A stretch of DNA of 64,000 bases from the human T2T-CHM13v2.0 reference genome, Homo sapiens (GCF_009914755.1 NC_060931.1), one strand, 5' to 3'; positions 14,325 to 26,059 are shown, numbered from the stretch's first letter. The notes: generated from the letters alone by a model not told the origin. A program made the numbers and translations.

Positions 14325-14719
14325 AATTCTTTGATTTTCTAAAGAGCTGCATTCCATGGAAGCCTGGGGAGAGGCAGGATGGACATGTGGAGAGACATCC
14401 TGTCCTCCCTTGTCCCTGTTCACCAGAGCAGCTCCATACTTACCTATTGGTCTTCTGCCTAAGCTTTCATTTGAAGAAAGGTTTTTGTTGTTGCTTTGTC
14501 TTATTTGGTTTGTTTTGTCTTTTCCTACTAATGGGCTTGTCTTTGTAGTGTCCATGTAGTGTAATATCATAGATGACTCTGAGGACCCCATCTAGCTCAA
14601 AAATTAGATATTGAGCTCCTTGAGAGCAGGGATCAGACTTGTCATTCTACCTCCACGATCCTTCATAGAGTATAGTAGGTGTTCCACAAATGCTTGTTGG
14701 ATGAATATGTACTGATAAT

Positions 14720-14920
14720 AATAATTATGAATGAGCTCTTATTCCATGCTAGGTATCCAGTGCTTTAATGGGTTACCTCAATTAACCCTTAAATTAATCC
14801 TATAGGATAGATGTTATTCTATCCCATTTTACAAGTATAGCAATGGAAGTACTTAAACTTCAGATGAATGGAGGCAACCTGATATATCTGAGAACCAAGG
14901 CTATTAATCACCTTGCTACA
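14720..14920 (-). mobile_element. MIR fragment
   Basis: cctataggatagatgttattctatcccattttacaag resembles the reversed MIR core. Confidence 0.55.
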
Positions 14921-15084
14921 TGGCCTCATTTCTGCCTATAGGACATCTGACTTAAGTCAGGGATGAGGAAGCTGGAAAGCAAAGCCAACAGGAAGGGAAG
15001 CACCAGTGTGGAGATAATGCTGGAGAGAGGGATGATCCTGAGGTGTATGATAAAGGGCTTTGAGGTGAAGTAGAAGGTCGGTTT

Positions 15085-15265
15085 CACAGAAGTGAGCTCC
15101 CCAGACCACTGACATAAGCATCCCTTGGGAACTTTTTAAACATGCAAATTCTCAGGCCCCATCCCAGACTGTTTGAACCAGAAAAGTTGGAGATAAGGCT
15201 CAGGAGTTTGTGTTTTGCTAATCCCTACAGGGGACTCTGATGTCTGCTATTGAGGGCCATTGCTG
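15085..15265. mobile_element. MER5A-like DNA transposon fossil
   Basis: catcccttgggaactttttaaacatgcaaattctcaggccccatcccagac...tgtgttttgctaatccctacaggggactctgatg. Confidence 0.75.
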
Positions 15266-17245
15266 TGGATCAGCTTCAGGGACTTCGGTTTTGCTTCTGG
15301 AGAGTGCCGAAACTTCTAGTTTTCTCACTGTTGAGATAAAATATTTTATATCTGGAGCGATATTTAATTCTTTTCCATTTTTAAGATAAGCCTAAGCAAG
15401 ATGTCTGCTTGGACTGGAGACTCTAAGTATCCGATTCCTTCTTTTTACCTTCTGTTTAGTCTGTAACTTGAGGCCCATCACTTAAGTCCTGATTCTTTGC
15501 CTGTAAAATGTGGTTAATGACGCGGTGCTCCCATATTGGGATAGCCAGAGAAGTGTGTAATTAGTGGTTGTGAAGCATCTGGAGCCTAGAGCGCCGTATA
15601 AATGCTATAGGATAATAACCAGTTTACGGCCTTAAATGCTGCCTACAACTTGACACATTTAAAATTTCTTCCTTGAATCGTAAAGTTTAAAGTTAATTTA
15701 ACAGTTTGGTCTTTGCACTTATTTTTTATTCATTTTGTAGCCGGAATGTTGTTTCTTTGTGCTTCTTTCAACCTTCCAGAGAAAATGGGTAAGACAAAAA
15801 AAGTTTAAAAAATCAGCACCTTCAGAGAAAATAACCTCTCCAAAGCATAATGTTTGATTGTCAGACATGGATTCTATAGACGTTTTGAACAGAAAGCTGA
15901 GATACTCCATAGGCACAGAGATAGTTAGTGTCCATGAAAATGCTTGTTCTTTGAGACTCCAGCCTGTGAGTCTTTAAAGAGAGTTCATCCTGGGCAGCGT
16001 CTTCATTTCTGCTCGGCCTTGTAACAGTGACCCTCCTCCTTGGATCTGGAACCCGAGAAGTCTGAATCGTATTTTCTACATGGTCATTCTTTATTTAACT
16101 TAGGCAAACACTTCCTTTTTTAGACAAGACTGCTTGTCCAATGTACACACTCATTTTAGATTAGATTTACAAGAGTACAGGCTAGTTCATTTTACTCTAG
16201 TTCAAAGTCTTTTTTTCTTTCCCCTTAGTCTCAAGCCGATGAATGGCCAAAAAAGACTGAGATGAAGATATAACAAAAGCATTTCTTTTGAGAGTTTAAC
16301 TTGGGCTGAATTTATATAGAGAATGCACATGTGGATAGATAATCAGAGAAACGTGTATAAAAGAGGCTTTTATACCAACAGTATGGTGTGAAGAAAAAAT
16401 TTTTAAATGCTAAATAACCATAGTTTTTATTTTGTATATTATAACTTTAATACTCAAGCATAATTACTAGGCAGGAAAAAAACCTTCACTCTTTTATTAC
16501 CATTTCCTGACATTTTAAATTACACACTATTGCTGAATTAAAAAAAAAAAAAAGAAACAGCAGAAAAAGGCTAATCCAGACCCTGAATCAACATACTAAT
16601 TTATAAATCGAGTCTCAGGTAAACACGGTTGTTTCTCCTTGTGCCTTATGCTGGAGGTCAAATGCTTACAATAGCCTAAAATAACAAGTCGAGACATGTT
16701 TTCGTAATTGGAAGTTAAAAAAAGAAATTCCACCATATGTTGATGAAAAGAAAAGTTTTGCAATAACTGCTGTCATTTCTGAAGAAACATCTCTAAATTC
16801 TTCAGAAAACAGTCATAGTGCTTATGACAGCTAAAAATCATTTGGGGCGCCATTAACTGATTATGAACTACCTGAAGAATCATGCTCATACTTAAAAGGG
16901 CCACATGGAATCCTTTTAGCAGTTTCACAACTGTCTGGGGTTATTCATTGCAGACTGAAAAATGTTGCTTTTTCAATTCCAAGTAAGTCAAAATGAATGG
17001 GACAGCAGATAGACTGGAAGGGAAAAGGAGGAGGAAAAAGAGACTCCCTCCTCTGCACTTTGAAGATCATTAGCCCAACCCAAGAATGGCTTCTGTTTCT
17101 ACTGAGCTTGATCACGATTTGCTATGCACTACAGTGAAATGAAATAGTAGTATGGCTGGCAAATTATGAGTGTTGACAGCAAACAGACAGGAAGAGTTTA
17201 ACTCCTCCTTACCTTCCACACTAGCTTTAAACCTTCAGATAAGGC

Positions 17246-17271
17246 AAAAAAAAAAAAAAAAAAAAAAAAAA
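17246..17271 (+). repeat. A26 homopolymer
   Basis: 26 consecutive A with no adjacent Alu or L1 body. Confidence 0.95.
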
Positions 17272-19049
17272 GTCAGCAATTGGGACAGTGTGCCCTTCAT
17301 AATAGAACATGGGCCAACCAGAGATTTTTCTCATTTTTTGATCACCTATCTTCTCTGGGCCTGTCTTTTCTTATCAGATGTAAATTATTTGTTTGCAGCG
17401 TTTCTGAAATTGCTGTAAGAAGATCAATAGAAAAGTGGTGAGGAAAGAATATAATTTCACCGCCCTCACTCTCTGAAAGCCAGCTATTCTCGAGTCGTGT
17501 GTACTTCCTGCCAGTTCAGTAATAATTAATGTATAGTGTGTCTGTAAACTGCAGAAACAGATTAAGAAATAAGTGCATTTTTATCATTGTTTGGATGATC
17601 CTAAAGCGTTTTAATATTATATTGTTTGGTCGGCAAATCTGTACAATAAAGAAAACATGTTTGAATTAGGTCATTTAAAGTTTCCTCTTATAACTCTTAA
17701 AACAGGAACTGTTGCTTTTCAGAGAAGAAATATTTTCCTTGAGGAATCTAGATGACAGTTTTCTGTGGTTTCTCACTTTTCTGAACTCCCAGAGCTCTCA
17801 CTGTCTGGACTATTCATATCTCACCTTTCAGTACCTATTTTCATGTGCTTGTTAATTCTCTTTTTATGCTCTAACCTGGCCAGACTATAAACTCCTTGAA
17901 GGTAAGAATCATCTTCTATATTTCCCTATTTCTCAAAGTACCTACGTCAACAGCTGGTCAGGTTGTTGTAATAGGATTTTATGTATTTAATCACATTTAC
18001 TGATGTAACCCATTTCTTATTGAAATAATGTGTTCCACCTCAGTGTATGTTCATATCCTAAAGTCATCTTGAAATGTATTATGTTTCCCAGTCTCTTTTG
18101 TAAAATAACAGTGGCCTCATTCAACGTAGTGGTTCGTAGTAAAGTGCTTTCCTACTGGGCTCTGGGTGTATAAGATGATTACGATATTGCACCGTTGACC
18201 TTCATCCCAGTGCACAGGGTCAGATTGGGTCATTTCTGTGTGAGTACAGTTGGGAATTGTTACCACTCTGAGAACCTTACACAGTTGGACAACGTAAGAA
18301 AAAGAGAGTCCCCCGCTTAGATGGTTTTTATTTATTTATTGCAATTAATGAAGAATTCATGAAGGTGGCCTTGCTGAAACTTGTCTTTTGAAAGTAAATT
18401 TGGCCTCTGATTGACCTTCCAGAGACAAATTCGTGTTTTTGGATGTTGTGTATAAGTGTGTGTTTTAGAAAAACAAAGTAATAATTTAGCATCAAGAACA
18501 TATCATTGAAATTCTTAGAAATCCCATAATTGCAGCTGTGTGCAGGCGTATTATATGAAGAAAAGGAAAACAACCCCTTAACTTTGAAGCCTTGCTTGTG
18601 CTCAGAATACATCACAGAAAAGGAAAGGGGAGAGCGTTGGTGGTGTTATTGCTTTTATTTTTAGAAAAAGTAGAGGCTCAGACGAAAGTCCCGTTGCATA
18701 CAGTGAGTCCATTTAAAGGTGTATGGTATAGCATGGGAAGTTTATTACAGATGTGAAATTAGGTAGTACGTAGCAAGGATCAATGTTTATTCATACTCTA
18801 AATTTAACCCATTTAAACATCGCAGTGGGGAGTGAATTTGCTTGTGGGCCTGAAATTCTCCCTACGCTGCCATGTGGAACAGAGACAGAGTTATGGAAAA
18901 TGTAGAAGGATGTCCAAGTTCCCTCTCCTTTTGGGCAACGTATATGACTCCAGTTTATAAAAAGCAAGTCAGATCACTACAAAAAATAAATTATCTTAGT
19001 CATACTCAGGTCTTGTCTTAGCCTTTGCTATGGTCTAGGGGGTGACGGA

Positions 19050-19500
19050 GGACATCTGTCAAGGCCCTGTGGGGACAGAAGGCACACTCAGCTGGGATGT
19101 TGAAGAGCAGTTAATGGAGGGTCTGTTGACAGAGGTGTCGGCAGATTGAGAGAACTAAGAGAGTCTGAAGCATCTGGGAGTGGCCAAGAGTGGGAAGCCA
19201 TTCCCAACCCCGGGTCTGGAGGGGGCAACAAGAGGAAATTGTGTTACTGGAGCCTGGGGACGGCTAGAGCCACAGAAGAGGAACTGGGACAGTGGTGGCT
19301 GTAGGGGGTCCAGTCTGCTGCCTGAACTGCAGCACTGGAGCAAGGAGAGAGCAGTACCTCCGGCATTTCTCCCGCCACCCCCTCTTTCCTGCCCTGCCTT
19401 CCATTGACTGAACCTGAAGCCAGAGGAAACGGAATTGAAGTAGTGTGGTTGGTAGAGGTCAACACCCTGGCGTGGAAGAGACCCCTGGGAGAAGCAGACA
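19050..19500 (-). mobile_element. MLT1-family (ERVL-MaLR) LTR, degenerate
   Basis: acagaaggcacactcagctggga...gttaatggagggtctgttgacagaggtgt...gggaagccattcccaacccc...ggagggggcaa resembles an old MLT1 LTR. Confidence 0.65.
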
Positions 19501-19648
19501 CTACCCCTTGTCGGAGAATCAGTTCTTCCCTTCAAAATCGGGAGATTATGAACAGTGATTTTTCATTGGATTGACTGGGAGAGGGAAGGAGTGCAGAGGG
19601 TGGTTAAAAGAACACAAGTGCAATGTTCCCCTAAGAAATACAATTTGG

Positions 19649-19900
19649 GGCCAGGTGTGGTGGCTCACGCCTGTAATCCCAGCACTTTGGGAGGCCGAGG
19701 TGGGTGGATCACGAGGTCAGGAGTTTGAGACCAGCCTGACCAACATGGCACGTGCCTGTAATCCCAGCTACTCAGGAGGCTGAGGCAGGAGAATTGCTTG
19801 AATCCAGAAGGTGGAGATTGCAGTGAGCCAAGATTGCGCCACGGCACTCCAGCCTGGGCAACAGAGCGAGACTCTGTCTCAAAAGAAAAAAAAAAAAAAG
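19649..19900 (+). mobile_element. AluSg-like element with an internal deletion of the linker
   Basis: gatcacgaggtcaggagtttgag; caacatgg is joined directly to cacgtgcctgtaatccc; degenerate TSD ending aatttgg. Confidence 0.92.
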
Positions 19901-20009
19901 AGAAGGATAATTTGGGTGAAGATTTGGCTTGTGTGATCTGAAAGAAAAAAGGCCAATATTCTAATATGATTTATATCCATCCAAAGGAGAAAATAAACAG
20001 CCTCATGGA

Positions 20010-20245
20010 GCAGCGGTTGAGAACTCCCGCAGTGGCGCGAGACTGTCCAAGCTCCACCCAAGCTTGGCCCCTTACCAGCTGGGCTTTCTGGGGCAATTTT
20101 CTCTCTGAAGCTCTGTTTGCTCTCTTTTAAAGTAGGGAAAATGATCGTGCCTACCCTGTGGGGTTCTTGGGAGGCTGAAATGAAAAGATAATTGTAAAGT
20201 ACTTAGCCTGGAACAGAGCACTCTAAATACAGCTGCTAGCTGCTA
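20010..20245 (+). mobile_element. MIR
   Basis: cttaccagctgggctttctggggcaa...ttttaaagtagggaaaatgatcgtgcctaccctgtggggtt...tgtaaagtacttagc. Confidence 0.65.
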
Positions 20246-20248
20246 ATA

Positions 20249-20756
20249 CAGACAATCCCCGACTAGTCAGGTTCAACTTACAATTTTTTGACTCTATGAG
20301 GATGCAAAAGCGGAATGCATTCAGTAGGAACCGTACTATGAATTTTGAATTTTGATCTTTTCCCGGGCTGGTGATACGGCCTAAAATGCTCTCTCGCAAT
20401 GCTGGGCAGTGGCAGTAAGCCACAGTTCCCCGTCAGCCACACGGTCTCCAGCCCATCCTCCACAGTGTACTGTGTTGCCAAGTGATTTTTGGATAGTATA
20501 TTTTATGTTATTCACATCCCATCATGTCTACAAAATGTCCATCTGTGTAAAGTATTCAATACTTCATTATGAAGTAGGCTTTGTGTGAGATGATTTTGCC
20601 CCACTGTAGGCTAATGTAAGTGCTCTGAGCACGTTTAAGGCAAGCTAAATGGTGTTTGGTAGGTTAGGTTTACTAAATGCATTTTTGACTGATGATATTT
20701 TCAACTTATGATGGGGTTATGTGGACATAACCCCATCATAAGTTGAGGAGCTTCTG
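20249..20756 (-). mobile_element. MER47/Tigger5-family TcMar-Tigger DNA transposon fossil
   Basis: Ends cagacaatccccgact / agttgaggagcttctg, flanked by TA at 20247-20248 and 20757-20758; internal tgtaggctaatgtaagtgctctgagcacgtttaagg. Confidence 0.8.
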
Positions 20757-21902
20757 TACTCTACAGAGACGACGGCTCGATCTTGGCTTGGGATCCTGTC
20801 TAGGAAGATGTCCTCTCTGCACAGGGAGTCAGAAAGGAGGTGAGGATAACGGCATGGAGTATTCATGTTCATTCAAAGGAAACATGGGCTGTAGTGGGCT
20901 GAGAAGCACCCACACTCTCTCCCTTCTCACAGCTCAGGGAGAGGCATGCTTCTGTCTCCGACAGTGGTAGTCTGTGGAGCTGGGAAGTAGGAAGTAGAGA
21001 GTAAGTGAAGGATGCTAGGTTCCCAGCAGAACAGAGCTGGGCTGGGGTGTACAGAGCAGCAATGGTAACAGGGGAGGCACATCTAGTTCTGTATCCCATC
21101 CTCCACGGCTGTCCCACACCAGGCGTCAGTGGAGGACTATGCCACCATACCCTGACCCGCCCTTTTCTGAGCCAACAGCTGCTAAAGCTTCATGCCGGGG
21201 CTGCTGTTGAAAGATGTCTCAGAGCCCTGCTCAGAGTCTTGTTCTCAGAAAATGACCATGCTTTGGAGAGGAGATGACACAGTGAGTGGGAGAGGTACAT
21301 GCAGCTAAGAGCATTTCAGGAAGCAATTGGGGTCTCTTGAGGAAAAAGGATCCAAAAAAGAACTACAGATGAAATTGATTGCTTTAAGTTAGCCCATTCT
21401 ATTTGTATAGTTTTAAAAATAAAAACTGGAAGCAGGTTGGATGAACATAATGCGCTAGCAGACTTGGGAATTAGGGGCAGAATGCTGCTCTAAATTCAGG
21501 AAATCATGGCACGGTTTCATATTGAACATGGTCTATTCCTACCACTAGCGCTTTCCTGGCTGATTTCTTCTCCAGCTGGAGACTTCTTTCTGGTTTTCCA
21601 ATTTATGCTCCACCCTCACCCCAACCCACCCATAAACCAGTGGCTGCCGGAAGCAGTATCTTTCATAGTGGTGAGTTCTGGATTTTCAGCAGTAATGGCC
21701 GAGAGTCAGGGACCAGATGAGTGTGTGTGAGCTGGTGAGAAAAGGTAGATGATGATAGAAAATGCGCAGTGCTGTGTGCATGGAGTCCTGCAGTTCTGGA
21801 CATTTTGAAGATTACCTGGCTTTTGACAATCAATGGATTTGACCACCTTGCTATAAGAAAAGATTAAATACATCTCAAAAGCCAAATGATAAATTCAATT
21901 TC

Positions 21903-22183
21903 TTTTCTTTTTTTTTTTTTTTTTTTTGAGACTGAGTCTCCCTCCATTGCCCAGGCTGGAGTGCAGTGGCGCGATCTCGGCTCACTGCAACCTCTGCCTC
22001 CCGGTTCAAGTGATTCTCCTGCCTCAGCCTCCTGAGTAGCTGGGATTAGAGGCACTCACCACCATGCCCAGCTAACGTTTGTATTTTTAGTAGAGACAGG
22101 GTTTCTTCATGTTGGCCAGACTGGTCTCAAACTTCTGACCTCAAGTGATCCACTCGCCTTGGCCTCCCAAAGTGCTGGGAGCC
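21903..22183 (-). mobile_element. AluS (Sx/Sz-like), missing about 25 nt near its 5' end
   Basis: Perfect 13-bp TSD taaattcaatttc (21890-21902 / 22184-22196). Confidence 0.93.
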
Positions 22184-22344
22184 TAAATTCAATTTCATAG
22201 TGACTATTTTACCCTACATGATGAGTGTAGAAAATGTTGGCATATCAAGTCATGGCAATTTGACATCACAAAGCCACAATGGTGAAAAATTAGAAACATT
22301 CTTAATGTAATTCTGTGTGGAATTCTGTGGTTTTAGAAGTTTCA

Positions 22345-22642
22345 GCCAGGCACGGTAATCCTAGCAATTTGGAAGCCCAAGGTGGGTGGATCGCTTGAGC
22401 CCAGGAGTTCAAGACCAGCCTGGGCAACATGGTAAGACCCCATCTCTACAAAGAGTTCTAAAAATTAGCCAGGTGCGGTGGTGTGCACCTGTGGTTCTAG
22501 CTACTCAGGCGGCTGAAGTCGGGGAATCACTTGAGCTCAGGAGTTTAAGGCTGCAGTGAGCTGTGATTGCACCACTGCACTCCAGCCTGGGCGACAGAGC
22601 CAGACCCTGTCTCAAACAAACAAACAAACAACAACAAAAAAG
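22345..22642 (+). mobile_element. AluJ with (CAAA)n tail
   Basis: gatcgcttgagcccaggagttcaagaccagcctgggcaac; ggctgcagtgagctgtgatt; TSD gaagtttca (22336-22344 / 22643-22651). Confidence 0.92.
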
Positions 22643-24187
22643 GAAGTTTCATGCTTGTCGTGACTCTGTCCCCTAAGTGTAACGGCTAGGGTCAAAGGAC
22701 TAGAGTGGAGTGGGAAGGTCAAATGCAGAAATACCCCTCCATGTGCGGACAGGAAGATGTGCAGGAGTGTATTTGTATACTTAGTGTTTGCATTGTTTCT
22801 AAGACATTATTGACACCCGGAATGATTCATTTCCTAAGTGTTGAGAGATAAGTTATCTTAATCAGTGGATACCTTTTGAATAGGTTGAATATAATAGTTT
22901 TGAAAATATTGGTGACATAAAAGGCATCTAAAAAGACATCTAAAATCATCAGTAAACATTTCAATAGTGGTCAAGAACAGAGCATGCCTTCTTTCTGGAG
23001 CCATCTATTTAGGGTAGTGGTGCTTACGGGAGTGGAACAATATGGAGTCACTCATGCATTCTCTGTCATGGTGCTGGGCCCAGTAGAAATGCCTATTGCA
23101 ATATAACAGATTAATTCTGAAAATAGAACCAATTCCTGAAAAGCCAAAGGTTGCATATGAAAACCTAAAAACAGCCCTTGCTGGAGGCTCAGTCTCTTGA
23201 TCTCAGACATTGCTACTAATTGGTATAAATGGTCTGATAAGGCCCAGAGAGGAGCACCCACTTCCTGCCATAGAGGGCATGAAGCTGTGGACATAGGAAG
23301 CTCTCAGTAAGTGCTTCTTCAGCAGACACAAGCACTGAGGATAAAGGACCTTTCAGTATGTTATTTAGGGAACCCAAATCTAGTCATTTCTGGCTGTTTT
23401 CTTTGCTTTTTCCTTTTCTAGTTTTTGAGTTTTGACAGCCAGATCCTCACCATACTAGTTGGTAGTCTGTACTAGAGCCTGCATGTGTCAGGTAAGGCAC
23501 TCTGCAAATCCTGGCGAGGAAGGAGACTTACAATAAACTCGATTGTTCTTTTCCTCTTTAATCAGATCTGCCAGCTTGTGCCTGACTAGTCCTGTCAACA
23601 TTGTGAACAGTGGAGATGGTTTGCCTCAGTTGCACTGTGCACTGTAAAAGCAGTACCGATGGCTGTGCAGACATTCCTAAAGAGAATCTTAGTTTTCTTC
23701 CTCCACTTTAATAGTGGTCACCCAGTGGGTTGAGCAAACAAACATTTATTGAGCACCTGGTGTGTACAAGCATTCGGCTCTGCTTTGGTGCTGAGGAGAG
23801 TAAAGCTGCCAGGGAAAACCGAGGGGACACACGGACAGCTCCAGTGGGGTAGCTTTGCAGTGGGACTCACACCTCTTCATTCTACCAGAAGCCAGAAGAT
23901 ACTCACTGGGGACAGTCGTGATGGGAGTTTTTCCATGAGCAGCAAGAGCTAATGGGCCGTTTGCCTACAAGAGAAGGTGGGACAGCAGATTCCTCCTGGA
24001 GAATCTCCCTTGTGGCCCTCTCATTGCCCTCTGACAGATTGCAAGCCTGAAATCTGTCAGCTTTGAAAGATTGCCTGACCCTCCAGTATTTGGCTATGTA
24101 AGACAGGTACTGAAAGACGGCTTTTGTTGAGGAACTGACTCCCAATAAAAATGGTTAACTATCCAGTGTGAGAAAACACGCCGTTGA

Positions 24188-24644
24188 GGCTGGGCATGGT
24201 GACCCACACCTGTAATCCCAGCACTTCGGGAGTCAAGGGTGAGGATCACTTGAGCCCAGGAGTTCAAGTGCAGCCTGAGCAACACAGTAAGACTCTGTCT
24301 CTACAAAAAAATTCAAAAATTAGCTGGGTGTGGTAGCATGCATTTGTAGTCTTAGCTTCTTGGGAAGCCAAGGTGGAAGGATTTCTTGAGCCTAGGAGTT
24401 AGAGACCAGGAGTTCAAGTCCAACCTGCAACATAGTGAGACCCTGTCTCTACAAAAAAAAATTTTTAATTAGCTAAGCATAGTACTGCACACCTGTAGTC
24501 CTTGCTACTCCAGAGTCTGAGGCAGAAGGATCTCTATAGCCCAGGAGTCTGAGTTTACAATGAACCATGATTGTGCCACTGTACTCCAGCCTGAGTAACA
24601 GAGCAAGATTCTGTCTCAAAAAAAAAAAAAAAAAAAAAAAAAAA
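24188..24644 (+). mobile_element. Trimeric AluJ/FLAM composite
   Basis: Two monomers, each ending tgtctctacaaaaaa...aattagct, then a right monomer and a pure A tail. Confidence 0.88.
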
Positions 24645-24734
24645 GCTTAACATGCAAACCAGAAAGTCTCCTTGCTTCTCAGAATGCTTGAAGTGAAAAC
24701 AACAAGCATTCCACCTTTCTCTCCCTCCCTGGCA

Positions 24735-25015
24735 CAGGGCCTGGCAAACTCCTACTCATCCGTCACTGCCCAGCTCCAATGTCATCTCCTCTGTGAGGTC
24801 TTCCTTGTTAGCTTCCCATTCGCCCCTGCCAGGAACCTGGCTCCTGTCTTCCGGCACCCACCACCCTTGCATGCACTCCTTCATACACTCCCCTCTGCTT
24901 GCTTCCCCTCTAGGATTGGGTGCTGCTTCAGGGAAAGGACTTTGTCATCTTTGTGTACCCAGTGCCTAACTTGGGATCAGGAATAGAGTGATGGGTAAAT
25001 GTTTGTTAAATGGAG
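24735..25015 (+). mobile_element. L2 3' end
   Basis: ggcaaactcctactcatcc...cagctccaatgtcatctcctctgtgagg...cccagtgcctaac...taaatgtttgttaaatg. Confidence 0.75.
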
Positions 25016-26059
25016 AGAGGAGAACATGAACAAATGATCTTTTATAAAGGCACAGGTGTGTAAATATACAATTCCTCCTTATGACCGTGCTGCTGAAAAT
25101 AGATAAACAGAGGGTACCAGTACAAACAGCTTCAGACAGGAGCTAACTATTAAGGAAAGGTTTGTTTTAATTTTAGTTTCAGACTCTGGTAGTGGAAGTA
25201 GGAACTTTCACATGCTGCGATTAGGAAGACAAATGTCCCACTGTGCAAACAGCAAGAGGATATGACTGCTGCCAGCACGCAGTACAGCTGTCCCCAACTC
25301 TATGAAGACATGCAACACTCATAACAGCAGAGTGCGGAGAGGGGGTCTATTCTTCTCACTCTGTTATGTAATGTGAATACTTTCTCTTGCGGAAATCATT
25401 GGGACCACTTGTTGTTTGCCTTACTCTTAACCCTTTAATCATAGACCTACTGATGCTGTCACCCAGGCTGCCACGGGGTGACAGGAAAGCTTTCCTTCCT
25501 GCATACATTTATTCAAGCATTTGGCATGGAAGTGATAAATGCATGCTAATGCAGAGCTTAATGTGGAGCTTTCAGTTAGCATCTTGCAGGTTGTGAGGGA
25601 TTGTTTCGGCTGTTGGGTCCTTACTCTTGCTTCTTCCTGTACATCACAGACACGCTTCCTGTGCTGTTTGTTGCTCTGTGGTGTGGTTGATGGGGTGTCT
25701 GAAGTGTTGCTAATGCAGTGCGTGTGATCTTTAGAAATATTTTCCCTGAAGTTATTTTTAAAGCAAGTGATAAGAAACCACAGAACACCAAAACCCAGAA
25801 GGAAAGGAAAACTGGAGGCTCCCAGTCTCAGGAGGCTTCAAGAATCAGAGCCAACTAGACAGCCTGACTGGGCCCCATCTATTTTTACTGGTCTTACAGT
25901 AAGGGGTAAGGTTTAGGTTGGAAATAGATGAAGGCAGGCTTAATATACTTACAGAGAGACTGAAGTAACAGCTTGAATGTTGTGACATAAATGAGTTTGA
26001 TTGCTATGATAAAATATGGTAGGTCAGTCTTCCCAAGATGACTATTGGGTGTACATGTT

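Noticed and set aside
25456-25484. 9-bp stem ctgtcaccc / gggtgacag resembling an Alu snippet
   Set aside because: Too short to distinguish from chance; no further Alu similarity in the flanks
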